Positions 12,500 through 24,830 of a stretch of DNA of 64,000 nucleotides are shown here, in pieces; the stretch's first letter is position 1; each line of letters opens with the position of its first letter. The translations under genes were made by a program, and so were the position numbers. The stretch comes from Selaginella moellendorffii (taxonomy: Eukaryota; Plantae; Lycopodiophyta). The notes under the pieces were generated by a model. The model had not been told where the DNA came from, did no database searches, and was given only the letters and a program-made list of their open reading frames with translations. The stretch spans positions 983,586 through 1,047,585 of the forward strand of contig NW_003314290.1 of NCBI RefSeq assembly GCF_000143415.4, read 5' to 3'.

Positions 12500-13799
12500 T
12501 AAAAAGTTTAATTCTTCTTGAGTGTTAGAATAGTTCAAAAGAAATGTATTTTTGGTCTTAAAAGCCTTGTATATGAATCTCTATTTCCATCCTTAAGCTC
12601 AATTAATAATCCACTTTCACCTCTACAAAATAGTTTTCCTCTTCATTTTGATGAGTCTTTCCTTCCATATAACAATTGTTGTGAGGTTCTTTTATTTGCA
12701 ACTTTGTGTGCAATTGAACATGAATTCTCTCTTTGTGATGTTGCTAAACAGTTGGATTGCCTCAAATGCTCCAAGATAATAGTAATACAGTTACTCATTA
12801 GCATTTAGACCTTGTTGGGCAAATAAATATAAATTTGGAATGAGCAGTATACAAACATCCACTTTTTGCTTTCAAATTTAACGGCAACAATGAATTCCCA
12901 AAGTACCATTATACTCTTTCTTCGGTTTTGAAGTTATGCTTAATCAACTTAGCTACAAAGACTCATGGCAAAAGCTCATTATCATTGGATAAAATGCTAG
13001 AAGACTTGCTAGCAGTGGGGAGGATGCAAGGAGAGAATTAATGGCAACACTATTATATTTCCTTCTTTTCCCCTCTTCCCTTTTTTTTTTTTTTTGATAA
13101 ACTATGGCCTATCAGCCTTAGAAATGGACAATCCCAGTATCTTTGCCAGTAATTCTTCTCCTCTTCTATATGGCAAGAGTGGATGCAAGTTCTTAGCACT
13201 TGCATCATGCACCTACAAAGTTACTATGACTAACTTGTAATATCAAAAGTTGTAAATGACTATTAACTTTTTAGACATGGCTATCTCTTTTATTTTTTTT
13301 CAGACTTACATGTTGTTCTGCTCCAAAGTATATATAACATCTTTCCATCATTACTTTTCCTAGCTCCGCTGAAAAGAAGATGCATTTATCTTAGGTATGC
13401 TATATCTCCCAGCTTATTCAATGAAGGCTTATTCATTCCTTGGCTTGGGATGGAAAAGAAAAGTATGTAAAAGGGAGTCATGTAACTTTACCATCAGTGT
13501 GTATGTTAAGTTGGACTTTGGGAGTTAGAAGATGGTGGTGCCCAACTTTGGAGGTAGAGCCTATGTTGTTAACATACTAACCTGGCTTTGCATAGCAAAA
13601 CTTTAACTTCCTTTCTTAGCTGCGAGCTGGAAGCCATGTAAAACAAAAGGTGGTGGGCAGAGGCCAATGACATCAACGAGATTCCNNNNNNNNNNNNNNN
13701 NNNNNNNNNNNNNNNNNNNNNNNNNNNNNNNNNNNNNNNNNNNNNNNNNNNNNNNNNNNNNNNNNNNNNNNNNNNNNNNNNNNNNCTCCTTGTCTCTCG

Positions 13800-15715
13800 A
13801 TGGCCAGTGATTGTAAGCCATCAAGAAGCACATGCAAGTAATGCCATCAGCTTGGAATCCTTCTCATTACATCCTCCCAAAGTTTTTTCAAGCACATGGA
13901 GAGCATCTTGACAAGGTATGAATCTAAATGTCCTATCCAAGTCTGTCTCTATTTGAAAATCTTTCTTAGAAACACTTTTGACATGACTTGAACATTTTGG
14001 ATGTGCATAATGTCTTCCTGTCTTAAGAATCCAAGACAGGATTTTATGCAATGCAACATGCTCAAGGTACTTTGTTTTTGTCATCCAAGCTTTCTTTTCT
14101 CCCAAGGTTTAAAATTCTACTCTCTGCTAGGAAGTTTTCCTGACCCCTCCAAGATTTTAATCAAGAGACTCAAGTTTCTAATCAACCATTTCCAGAGCAT
14201 CTTCTCACAGCTATACAGAGCCTCTGCCCTCAGCTATACAGATATTTCCAGAGCCTTTTTGGTTTTTTTTTTCTTTCTATTCTTGTTTTCATCTCTCATT
14301 ATCCAGGCATCTTCATCAATTTGCCTAAAACTCAACGATGATCTTGATCTTGCCGCAAGAAACACTGGTGGGAATGTCACTACTGGTGGACAACAGCAGC
14401 ACTGACACAACCTGGAGCGTAGCAATCTCATTCTTTTCATCACTTTCAGAGAGAAGCATAGATACATCCAACAAGAATGCCAAACCTGGAGTGCCTCTAC
14501 TTCATTCTGCCATGAACTATCATTCAAAGCAATTCACAAAAGCTAAGGGTTTCTTTATATTCGACCAGTCATAGCTGTACATGCTATTTCACCTTAGCGT
14601 GATGCTAGAGCCACCTCAAGCTCTTGTTTAAGATCCAGCAACTTTGGTGTGTTGTAGCTGCCATTCTCTTGGAAAGAAGTAAAATAACATTATCAAACAG
14701 GGAAGAGACGCACAAAAACATGATACCATAGGCTGATGATCTATTGGTTCCTTCAAAATTATTGAGCTCTCGGGCACATTTGCAGATTCTCCAACCTCTG
14801 TAAAATGGCTTCCACCAACACTCAGAGCAGAAGACACCTCTGATTGGCTTTTGCATGTCTTCAGTACATGCATCTGACAGCTTCCACCTCAATACAAGTC
14901 ACAGTCTCAAAAAAAACCAAGGCTATTAATGTTTCTTTGCCATTCAAACACATGAAGACGAGACTCAATCCCTAGGCAGGACAGAAAATGACAAATGGAA
15001 TCGGAGTAAGGCCGGCAAGGATAATCAAAATAGCATACCTCACATGCAATATACGTCCGTGTTGGCTTATATTGCTTCCCATGTCATTGTTTCCAAATCA
15101 CAGATGTTGAGGTCATTGAGCAGACACCTATTGGAGTCTTCTCCACCAAACATGACTCCACTAAGCAGGATCCGATCAACGAAACAGACTGGCCCCTCAA
15201 ACAGCAAATGGTCAATCTCAGGTTCGTGATACAGTATGTCACATGCACCGGAGCTTGTCCATATGTTGGAAAAAGCAACCAAGTGAAAGTCTGTATATCA
15301 AAAACATGAACTAGAGATAGAGAGCATTGAAGTGAGACACTGAAATGCATTATATTAACCTGAGACAGAGTCAAGGGTTTCTCAAGTGGCCACCAACAAA
15401 CAGCATCCTATTCTTCAGAATCTGAAAACACTCGGGAATATTGTAAGATGAAAGTATAAAGCTAAAAAAAATTACCAGGCTATGACCAGCACAGGTGGGA
15501 TCAGTGGCATGGACAAGGACAAAAGGAGACATTGGGAGCTTTTGCTCAACTTTGGACCAGGTGAGTGTTCTTAGATTGAGCACCTATGGCAAAGGTGCAA
15601 CATCAGTTATTAAAGAGCAAAACACTACATACCTGGACATTGTTCCACCATTTGCTTATGGCAGCAAGGGGGATGGAGGAGAGTTGTTTACAGCAGGGAT
15701 GTACTCCTCCTAAAG
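13800..15715 (-). pseudogene. Kelch-repeat protein pseudogene, ACBP4/ACBP5-like kelch region plus degenerate coiled-coil tail
   Basis: Collinear exon peptides LNLRTLTWSKVE..CAGHSL, RMLFVGGH, VFDIQTFTW..YGQAP, RGQSVSLIGS..MFGGEDSNRCLLNDLNICDLETMTWEAI and GLSLVFMCLNGKETLIA match the ACBP4 kelch repeats. GT-AG introns of ~50 nt sit at expected positions. Stops, frameshifts and missing exons are present; the left boundary is approximate. Confidence 0.8.
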
Positions 15716-15740
15716 GCTTGGATTTAAATCATGAAAGAAA

Positions 15741-15760
15741 CACACACACACACACACACA
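15741..15760 (+). repeat. (CA)10 microsatellite
   Basis: Read directly from the sequence. Confidence 0.95.
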
Positions 15761-16094
15761 AGTAGCTCACAATTTGCCCTATTGCCCTAAAAAGTTTCAC
15801 TTGATTTAGAGCGTCACTAAAATCACATTGAAGCGTTGCCACCCCTTTGGCACTTGATCTATCATCTATTTGAATTTTTTGAATTTGAACCGTTAGATTA
15901 TAAATATATTCAGAAATAATATTCTAAAAATGGAATAAAAGACGCTGGATGCCATATGCCAATAGCACGTTTAAATAAGGGAGTACTAGCTCCACTGGGA
16001 AAAAGTAAAAAATGTTTTCAATCTAAAAAAATTGTAATTTTAGCAGCCTTGTTGGTTGTGCTATCTACTGCCTCCTTGCAGTGATGTCAACATT

Positions 16095-17230
16095 TTTTTT
16101 CAAAATCTTGCTTTAGATAAAGTAGGAGTGCTTGATGTAAATACATATTATCTTCAGTGTTTCATATGCCATTTTTATTTGAATAAGATAGATGGTTGCA
16201 TAAGTTTGGTAAATTTTCTTGAGCACTATTGCAAATGCCTAAGAGCTAGTTTAGAAGGTACGTATGCGTGGATGTACAACAAATCAAGAAAAAGTTAAAA
16301 ACATATAGCTACTATGATTTTATAGTGAAAAACAATATTCCATTGGTGAACATTATATAAGTGAGTGCTAAATATGGGATATTTAGGCCACCTTATAATG
16401 TAATATAAGAGTCATAAGAGTCATAGTTTCTTCAAAAGTTTAGTTCATTATGAGTAAAGTGTAGAATCTTATATTTTTGAGAATAATTACATTTTTACAT
16501 ATTTTTACATAAATTTTTTTTATATTTAATTATAATATAAGTGGTTCTGACACTAATATAATTCTAAAGTCCTAATTTTGAAATTGACAATTTAGACTAT
16601 CAAAAATCTATATATTGTCAAGGCCATAATAAAAACTCATTCTCTATACCCTAGAGTTAAACTTAGAGTATAAGAATGACTATAGAGAATGTTATTGCTA
16701 TTCACACTTGGTCCCCATGCATCATATATAAGTCTCTAACTCCATCTTCAACTTTTACTAACATTCCATCCTTCCTTTCACACAATAATTGTTATAAAAC
16801 TTTTCCTTTTGTGGCCTCAAGTGTGATCAAACATAAGATCCCTCTTCTAGATAATATTATAAATATTGATACTAGAGATGGATTGCCTCATATGCTTCAA
16901 AAGTGATATTAGCCATTTTTTCTTAGATCTTGCTCTAGATATGGCAAAAACTCTTAAAAGAGAGCACATATTATATTTAGTGTCCTATATACTATTTTTA
17001 TTTGGACAAAATGGATGGTTGGATGGGTTTGGAAATTTTTATAGAATACTGTCGCAATTGTTCAAGAGCTGGTATGGATGGTGTGCACACATGGATGTGT
17101 AGGAAAATCAAGAAAGAGTTAAAGACACACAATCGTCATTGCTTTATGGTGAAGAACAATATTTTGTTATTAAATATTACATCCATAAGTGGTGAATATT
17201 ATATTTTTAGGCCACCCTACTATGTTTTGT
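16095..17230 (+). repeat. Diverged ~310-bp direct duplication (16095-16400 / 16917-17230) with coding-like conservation
   Basis: Both copies translate, through frameshifts, to FF..LALD...FYL.K.DG...WM..KIKK.LKT...F.VKNNI...FRPPY. Confidence 0.55.
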
Positions 17231-18475
17231 GAAAGTTATAATTACTTTATTACACTATAATATTGTCCATCCCCCCTCCAAAAAAATAAATAAATATGGT
17301 ATTAATTGTAGATAGCATATTCATTATTATGAAATTTGACATCTCTATCTCTAACATAGCTATTGTTATTGTCATATTAACATGTGATATGATAAAAGCA
17401 TATCACATTGCAAATAGATGTATTTAACACTCTTTTACTGTATAATTGATAAATAGATATTCTAGAGCTCATTGTATTAGGGATTTATGATATAGAGGAA
17501 AAACTAAATATGTATTGCATATAAATTTTTAAAACACCATAAATTACCTTCTTTAAGCAATTGATAGAGAAAGATGAAAATCTTTAAGACAACATTTAAA
17601 GAAGTTATATTTTTCAATTGCAAATATTGATTTATCAGAGTCATATGCCATCATGACTATTGAGCCACTATCTATTGTGCAATTGATTACAATGCCACTA
17701 GGTGGGCAATAGAGTTCAAGGAAGATATGCATCACTGATAGAAATCAAAACTAATATCTAGGCATTATATTGTGGATGTTCTTATCCATAAGATTTAGTA
17801 TGATATTAGTAGAGTTATCATACCATAATAAAACATATGTAGCACACTTACTATCACAAAAACCTTCATGTTCTTTTTGTCAAAACACATGATGCATTCG
17901 CATCATAACCTATAAAATTGTTTTTAAAATTTTTAAAAACAATATAAAACATGTTTTTAAGCTGATGGAACAAGGCGGATCGTGGTGGAGATCNNNNNNN
18001 NNNNNNNNNNNNNNNNNNNNNNNNNNNNNNNNNNNNNNNNNNNNNNNNNNNNNNNNNNNNNNNNNNNNNNNNNNNNNNNNNNNNNNNNNNNNNNNNNNNN
18101 NNNNNNNNNNNNNNNNNNNNNNNNNNNNNNNNNNNNNNNNNNNNNNNNNNNNNNNNNNNNNNNNNNNNNNNNNNNNNNNNNNNNNNNNNNNNNNNNNNNN
18201 NNNNNNNNNNNNNNNNNNNNNNNNNNNNNNNNNNNNNNNNNNNNNNNNNNNNNNNNNNNNNNNNNNNNNNNNNNNNNNNNNNNNNNNNNNNNNNNNNNNN
18301 NNNNNNNNNNNNNNNNNNNNNNNNNNNNNNNNNNNNNNNNNNNNNNNNNNNNNNNNNNNNNNNNNNNNNNNNNNNNNNNNNNNNNNNNNNNNNNNNNNNN
18401 NNNNNNNNNNNNNNNNNNNNNNNNNNNNNNNNNNNNNNNNNNNNNNNNNNNNNNNNNNNNNNNNNNNNNNNNNNN

Positions 18476-19565
18476 CGAGACTAAGACTAAGATTGGAACC
18501 AAAACTAAGTCCAAGTCTAAGTCCAAGTTCAAGGGTGAAAGCCCAAAGTTAGAAGTTGTTGCGAAAAACATTTTTGGCTTATTAGCTTCAATGTTGAAGT
18601 TAGTTTTTGCATTTAACAATCATTAGTGATGATTGACTATCATCTATGATAGCTGATTATCCTTATCAAAATTTTTGCTTGATTATTGTTGATGTTGAAT
18701 AATTGTTATTCTTTAGGATGGTAGATTATTTTTTTGATAATCATTTTGCATCTTTTTATTGATAAAGTGATTGAGAATTTTTCATGATGGTTAGTTGTTA
18801 TTTTTGATGGCTTATAGCTTTTTACATTATCATATATGTTTTTGTGATTTGCTTTCGATTGATCTTTTGGGTTTGAAATGTAGTTAAAATGTTTCAAGCA
18901 TTTGCTTAAGTATCTTGAATTCCTTAGTATGGTTGATTGAGATCTATTCAAATTATTTTGTACAATGGTTGGCATAGATGTTGTGTTTGTTGGTCTTTGC
19001 AACACTCATTTTGTTCTATTGATTGTTGTTATTATTGATTCTAATAGATTGGATGTTATTTCCTTTGTGTGATACATTTGTGAGTATTTTATTTGCCAGT
19101 CGATGATACTTTGTGTTCTTCGAGTTAATTTACAATACTATTATGTGCAAGTAGATTAACATCACTATCAACTACTTTGGGGTTGATCATCGTTTGAGCA
19201 AGAAACTTTATAAACATATTGTTCATGATCACATGGATATGATATAAAAATCACAATGATTTCATCATCAATCTAGCAATACCATAAACAACGTCTATGT
19301 AACTACTATAAAGGTTTACATGAGTATCAAATGTCAACTCAATTCGATAAAATGCAACATAAATGCCATATTCCACTAATAGAGATTTATGACACTCTAC
19401 ACCATCAACTTTATTTATAATATAAACAAACTTATATCATTTTCTTTCTGACCAAACTCAAAGTTAACTCAATACCAAACTACTCAAAGAGCAATATTGA
19501 GGTTTCCTGAAAAAGAATTAAGCATGGCTACTTAAGCCTTTTAATACCAAGCCTTAGCAAAATGG
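18476..19565. mobile_element. Rearranged relics: family B-type LTR motif fused to old family A internal fragments in both orientations
   Basis: 18476-18548 is hexamer repeats plus GGGTGAAAGCCCAAAG. 18549-19125 resembles 7635-8210 on the plus strand. ~19128-19565 resembles the reverse complement of 4790-5245. Confidence 0.7.
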
Positions 19566-21074
19566 TTAAATTTACTTTTAAGATTACCACAAATTGTTGA
19601 TGCTAATTCATAGGATCAAAATTTAATAAACATTCTATAAGCCATAAATTTTTCCTTTCCAATTTGCCAGTTTACCTCGTCTATCTAACTAACACTTAGT
19701 TTCAGCTACTCACTGCACAAGCAACGGAGCATTAGCCATCCATCCACGAATTCCCAAATCTCTCCCAATCCCTCTTCCCGGGTTAGACTGGACTTAAGGT
19801 TCGGCTACACTCCCCGCAGGCACAAGTAACCAAGCACACTAAACCTCCAAGTTCCTAACATCCCTTGGTACAATAAGGCTTGATTATGGGACCCTCTAAA
19901 TCCCAAGCCTTGGGTGCAATACTTGTTTCGGGACACTGGGGCAAAACACCGTGGCCTAATGGCCCAGTATGGGTACTTCTACCCCCCCACTTCCATCCCG
20001 AAGGGAAGGCCCAAGCCCTTAGGAAGGGCGAGGACCAATGAGCCACAAGGTACTCAAATGGGGCACCACTCCATATGAGCCGGGAGCACTACAGTCAATT
20101 TCCCTTTTGGGAGTGGGAGCTACTCTTGAGCACTTCCTTGGGTGGCCTCTTCAACACTACCCGAGTCCATGCTTATTCCCACCCAAGCCCCCTTGGCCAT
20201 AGTCTCAACCTCAAGTCAGTTTGGAAGCACCACTGGACAGTTCCTTCAAGACTAATTCCTGAACGTCACTATCCTTACTATACTTTTGGAACCCTTTGTA
20301 GCCCCCCTTGCCCCCCCCTGGGAGACACACGCTTTGGGCTTTCACCCCTTGACCTGTATTAGTACTCGGACTTGGTCTCCGACTCGATCTCGGACTCAAC
20401 CTCGAACCCAATCTTAAACTCGACCTCAGACTCGGTCTCAGACCCGATCTTGGATCTCGACTCGGTCTCGAACTTGGTCTCGAACTTGGTCTCAAACTTG
20501 GTCTCGGAGTCGGCCTCGGACTCGATCCCGGACTCTATCTCGAACTTGGTCTTAGAGACGGTCTTGGACTCGATCTTAGATTCGATCCCATCCAATGAAC
20601 TCTTTATCATTTCGGTCGTGCTTTCGGGGATCCTTTCGCCTACAACACTTTGGGGAGTTAATTCCTTACAACTCCACCACCCATAAAAGAAGTTCGATGC
20701 CCACATCGAATGTCTCTTTTGAATCCTACGACTTGTTGACCATGTCTCCAGGGGCATCCCCCCACTTAGCAGTGTGCCTAAGTTAGCCTCCCCGGCCAAG
20801 AGCCCATGACAACAAAGTATAGGTGTCCCTACACCCCTCCCTTCACCACGCTCTAGTATAGGGTTGGGACTTGAACCCAACCTTAGTAGAATACGTCTAC
20901 GGATTCGACACCCCTGCGGGGAGTCGGGCGTAGTTTCCTATGCTTGGCCAACCTAGCTAACCCATGCTAATTAGATTACCTTCGGTGCACCTTCGGGTCC
21001 TAACATATGCCATTGCTCAACTTCATAAATTGATATTTTAATTGAACTTTGCATAAGTATATATAGTTCTGCCT

Positions 21075-21530
21075 TGCAGAAATTCCTCCACTAGATCTCG
21101 CGTATTCGCTAGGTTCTCCTCCGGTTCCCATATTTCTTCGCAATGTGGAAATCCTTTCCATTTCACATGGAACTCCTTCACCTCGCGTCCTTGTCGCTTG
21201 CTCTTGCACGCATTAAGGATGGCCTTGACTTCGTATTCCTCTTCCCCTTGGATAACCTCAAGTAAAGGTCTTACTTGGTCCTTGCAAAGTGGATCCTCAA
21301 AGTACAGCTTGAGTATATTTCTTTTTCACAAATAACACCAGCACCCCGTAAAGCGACTTGCTCAACCTAACATACCCTTTTTCCACTAACTCTTTTAGTT
21401 GGCGCTTGAGCTCCTCGAGTTCCTTTTCATTCAAACGATAGGATGGACGAACCACCACCTTAGCACCCTCGACCAGCTCAATCTTATGTTCTATTGGTCG
21501 TGCGGGGGGCAACCCTGCCGGTAGCTATGG
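21075..21530 (-). pseudogene. pol: RT N-terminus fused directly to integrase C-terminus/chromodomain
   Basis: IEHKIELVEG..YGVLVLFVKKK joins at ~21315 to KLYFEDP..EEEYEVKAILNA..FHVKWKGFP..WEPEENL. Confidence 0.85.
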
Positions 21531-21729
21531 TATCTTGGAATTGGTCCAACACCCGCCAAATCACTAAAGGTACTTCTTCCGTTCCCGTCTTTTTGTCACT
21601 CTTCACCGAGAGTAAACATAAAAATGTTGCCTTGGTTCCTTTGGTGAGTTATCCTCTCGTGGACACTAGATTTAAGTAGGAGTCTTTGGCTTACATTGCC
21701 CTACCTTTAGATCCTGAGCCTCCACCCTA

Positions 21730-23354
21730 GATCGGTCTCCCCAGGCATTCGCCAGTACAACAAGGTTCCTACCTTATTCATACAAGGCTATTACGAACTG
21801 ATTGAATCAATCCATCCCGAAGATTATCTCAAATCCCGCCATGTCCAACACAGTGAAATCCATATCTACTTTCCATGTCCCTACTTTGACTCTTGCTTGT
21901 TGAAATATCTCATCGGTGCTTTGGCTACCTTGAACAAACACTATTGTCCTTGGTTCACCCAGACGCTGTATTGTTAGTTCGGCTTGCCGGACTATGTCTG
22001 CAGCCACAAAATTATCCGAAGCACCTGTGTCAATAAGGATCTTAACAAAGCTACCTCCGAGCTTCCCTCAAAGGGCTAGTAGATATCGCGAACAACTCTC
22101 TACCAAAGTTGTTCGTGTAATGAGTAACTTTGAGTTAGGGACTAGATCACGTACCTTAGTTTGGATTTCACCTAACTTAATGGCTATATTGCCTTTGGCC
22201 TTCTTCGGGTAAGGACATTCCCTCAAAAAGTGTCCCACTTCACTGTAGTGTTAGCATACCTTGTTTCCCATATTGCTAGTAGACTTGACATTCTTATCCA
22301 TGGGTTTGTCTCTCTTTGTTTGACTACCCCACGTACTTGCTCGCTGGCCATCGGATCTGCCTTTCTGGAACCCCGTGGACTCATTTTTAGAGAAACTTTT
22401 CTTAAATTTCCCTTTGCTATATGTTCCCCTTGGTTTGGCCCCTTTGCTAAATATGGACCCTGACCTCGTCGTGTTCCCCTTTTGCAGGTTATCGTTGAAA
22501 TGCACTTTGATGGCCGCATCCAACACTTCCTTGTAGTTGGTTGGGTTCCACCACATCATCTCACCACGAGCCCAGGTTTGCAAGCCTGATATGAAAGCAT
22601 GGAACGCATCCATATCCCCCATGTCCGTGACAAATATCCTCTTTGCCATAAACCCATTCACATACTCCTGAATGGTTCCGATCTATTTCAACCTACTTAA
22701 CTCATCCCTTAGGTGTAGAGTAACATTTGGAGGAACATAAGTCGTGCAGATCCTCACTTTCATCATTTCCCAAGTGGCCACCGGTCTTTCGTTAGCCTTT
22801 GTCGGTCTCCACCATGACTTGGCATTATCTACCAAGTATGGTTTTGCACATGGGACCTTCTTTGAGCTCGGTAACCGCAACACTCGGAAGTAGTCCTCCA
22901 TATTGTAAAACCAATCTTCCACCACCTTATAGTCATTCACTCCCTTGAAAACTAGTGGGGGCTTTGGTTTGTACTTGGGATCTACTTGAGGGACTGATTC
23001 CACTTTAGTCTGTTCAACCTTGTTTGGTTCTGCCTCAATCCCTGCCAAAGGGTCCACATTTGCTGCACTGCTAGCATATGTAGTCTTTCGCCTTTTCTTC
23101 CGCTTCTCGTCACGCTTTAGCTTGTGTACGAGAGTCTCTAGTAGGACATTGGTCTGTGCCAATTGTCCTTCTAAAACGTCCAATCAAGCCTTGGACAACC
23201 AAACCTCACCACCGGACTCTTGTTTGGAAGTTTCCTCACTGGAGTTCTCCTCATGCAAGGATTCCTCATCCATCGCCTTTTGTTCGACCGGAGGCTCCAG
23301 CTCTGGAGGAGGTTCCGTCTCCACCTTGGTTTGTTTATGCCCTGCCTTTGCCAT
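21730..23354 (-). pseudogene. gag: gag and aspartic protease of B1, disrupted
   Basis: PKPPLVFKG..VEDWFYNMEDYF..AKSWW..TWEMMK, a degenerate zinc knuckle and the ILIDTGASDNFV protease motif; stops and frameshifts. Confidence 0.85.
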
Positions 23355-24830
23355 CTCCCAACAATCTGCCTCTATCCTTCACTAGAACTGAGGAAAAGGC
23401 TCCAATACCAAATTATAAGCCACAAATTTCTCCTTTTCAAATTATCAGCTTACCTCATCTATCTGACCAACATTGCCTTGGCTTTGGCTAAGTTCTCTTG
23501 CCAAGGTTCTCGCTTATTATACCAGCTCTTACTTGGCCCTACTTGGTTTCAGCTATTCACTACACGAGCAATGAAGCGTTAGCCATCCATCTACAAATTC
23601 CCAAATCTCTCCCAATCCCCCTTCCTGAGTTAGATTACACTTAAGGTTTGGCTACACTCCCCGCAGGCACAAGCAACCAAGCACACCAAGCCTCCAGGTT
23701 CCTAACATCCCTTGGTACAACAAGGTTTGATCATGGGACCCTCTAAATCCCAAGCTTTGGGTGCAATACTTGCTTCGGGACGCCAGAGTGAAACACCGTG
23801 GCCTAACGGCCCGGTATGGGTACCTCTATCCCCCCACTTCCATCCCGAAGGGAAGGCCCAAGCCCTTAGGAAGGGTGAGGACCAATGAGCCGCAAGGTAT
23901 TTAAGTGGGGCATCATTCCACATGAGCCGGGAACACTGCAGTTGGTTTCCCTTCCGGGAGTGGGAGCTACTCTTGAGCACTTCCTTGGGTGGCCCCTCTG
24001 GCACCACTTGAGTCCATACTCACTCCCACCCAAGACTCCTCAGCCTTAGTCTCAACCTCAAGTTAATTTGGAAGCACCACTAAAGAGTTCCTTCAAGACT
24101 GGTTCCTAAACCTCACTATCCCAACTATACTTTTGGAACCCCCTGCAGCCCCCCCCCCCTAGGAGACGCACGCTTTGGGCTTTCACCCCTCGACCTGTAT
24201 TAGTACTCGGACTCAGTCTCGGACTCGATCTCAGACTCAATCTTGGACCCCACTTCGAACTCGGTTTTGGACTCGATCACGGACTCGACCTCGGATTCGG
24301 TCTTGGACCCGATCTCGGATCTCGGACTCGGTCTCGAACTCGGTCTTGGAGTCGGCCTTGAACTTGATCCTGGACTCTATCTTGAACTCGGTCTTAGAGT
24401 CAGTCTTGGACTTGATCTTAGACTTGGTCCCATCCGATGAACTCTTTATCATTTCAGTCGTGCTTTCAGGAATCCTTTAGCCTACAACACCTTGGGGAGT
24501 TAGTTCCTTTCACATCCTTCTATTAATTTGAGTAAAATTTATTGAATATTTAGGCTCTGTAAAAGTGGGATAATAATAGCTCTATACCTGTCATCATTGT
24601 CCACTTATATGTGTGTGTGTATACATGTATATAAGTGTATATACATATTATACTATTAGTGTATGAAATATGAAAATGGAATACATAAATGTGTATATCA
24701 ATTAGCCCAAAAACCTAGTTTATATATAGGAGGAGGGAGTGGTCTAGATTGAAACCAATCCAACGGTTATCAAAATCCCATTATACTAATATTAATGTAT
24801 AGCATTGTAGTTGTACACTTGGACCTCACA

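Larger units (their letters stand above)
19636..24512 (-). mobile_element. Ty3/gypsy chromovirus (Galadriel-like, family B), internally deleted copy B1
   Basis: LTRs 19636-20670 and 23414-24512, Met PBS at ~23399-23410, PPT GGGTGGTGGAG before 20670, TSD cattc/catcc. Carries gag, protease, a short RT start and a chromodomain. Confidence 0.9.

Noticed and set aside
17957-18626. ORFs spanning N runs (also 13603-13833 and 28383-28692)
   Set aside because: Artefacts of assembly gaps.
20211-20880. ORFs in family B LTRs (also ~24175-24480 and 38842-39296)
   Set aside because: Low-complexity translations of hexamer arrays.
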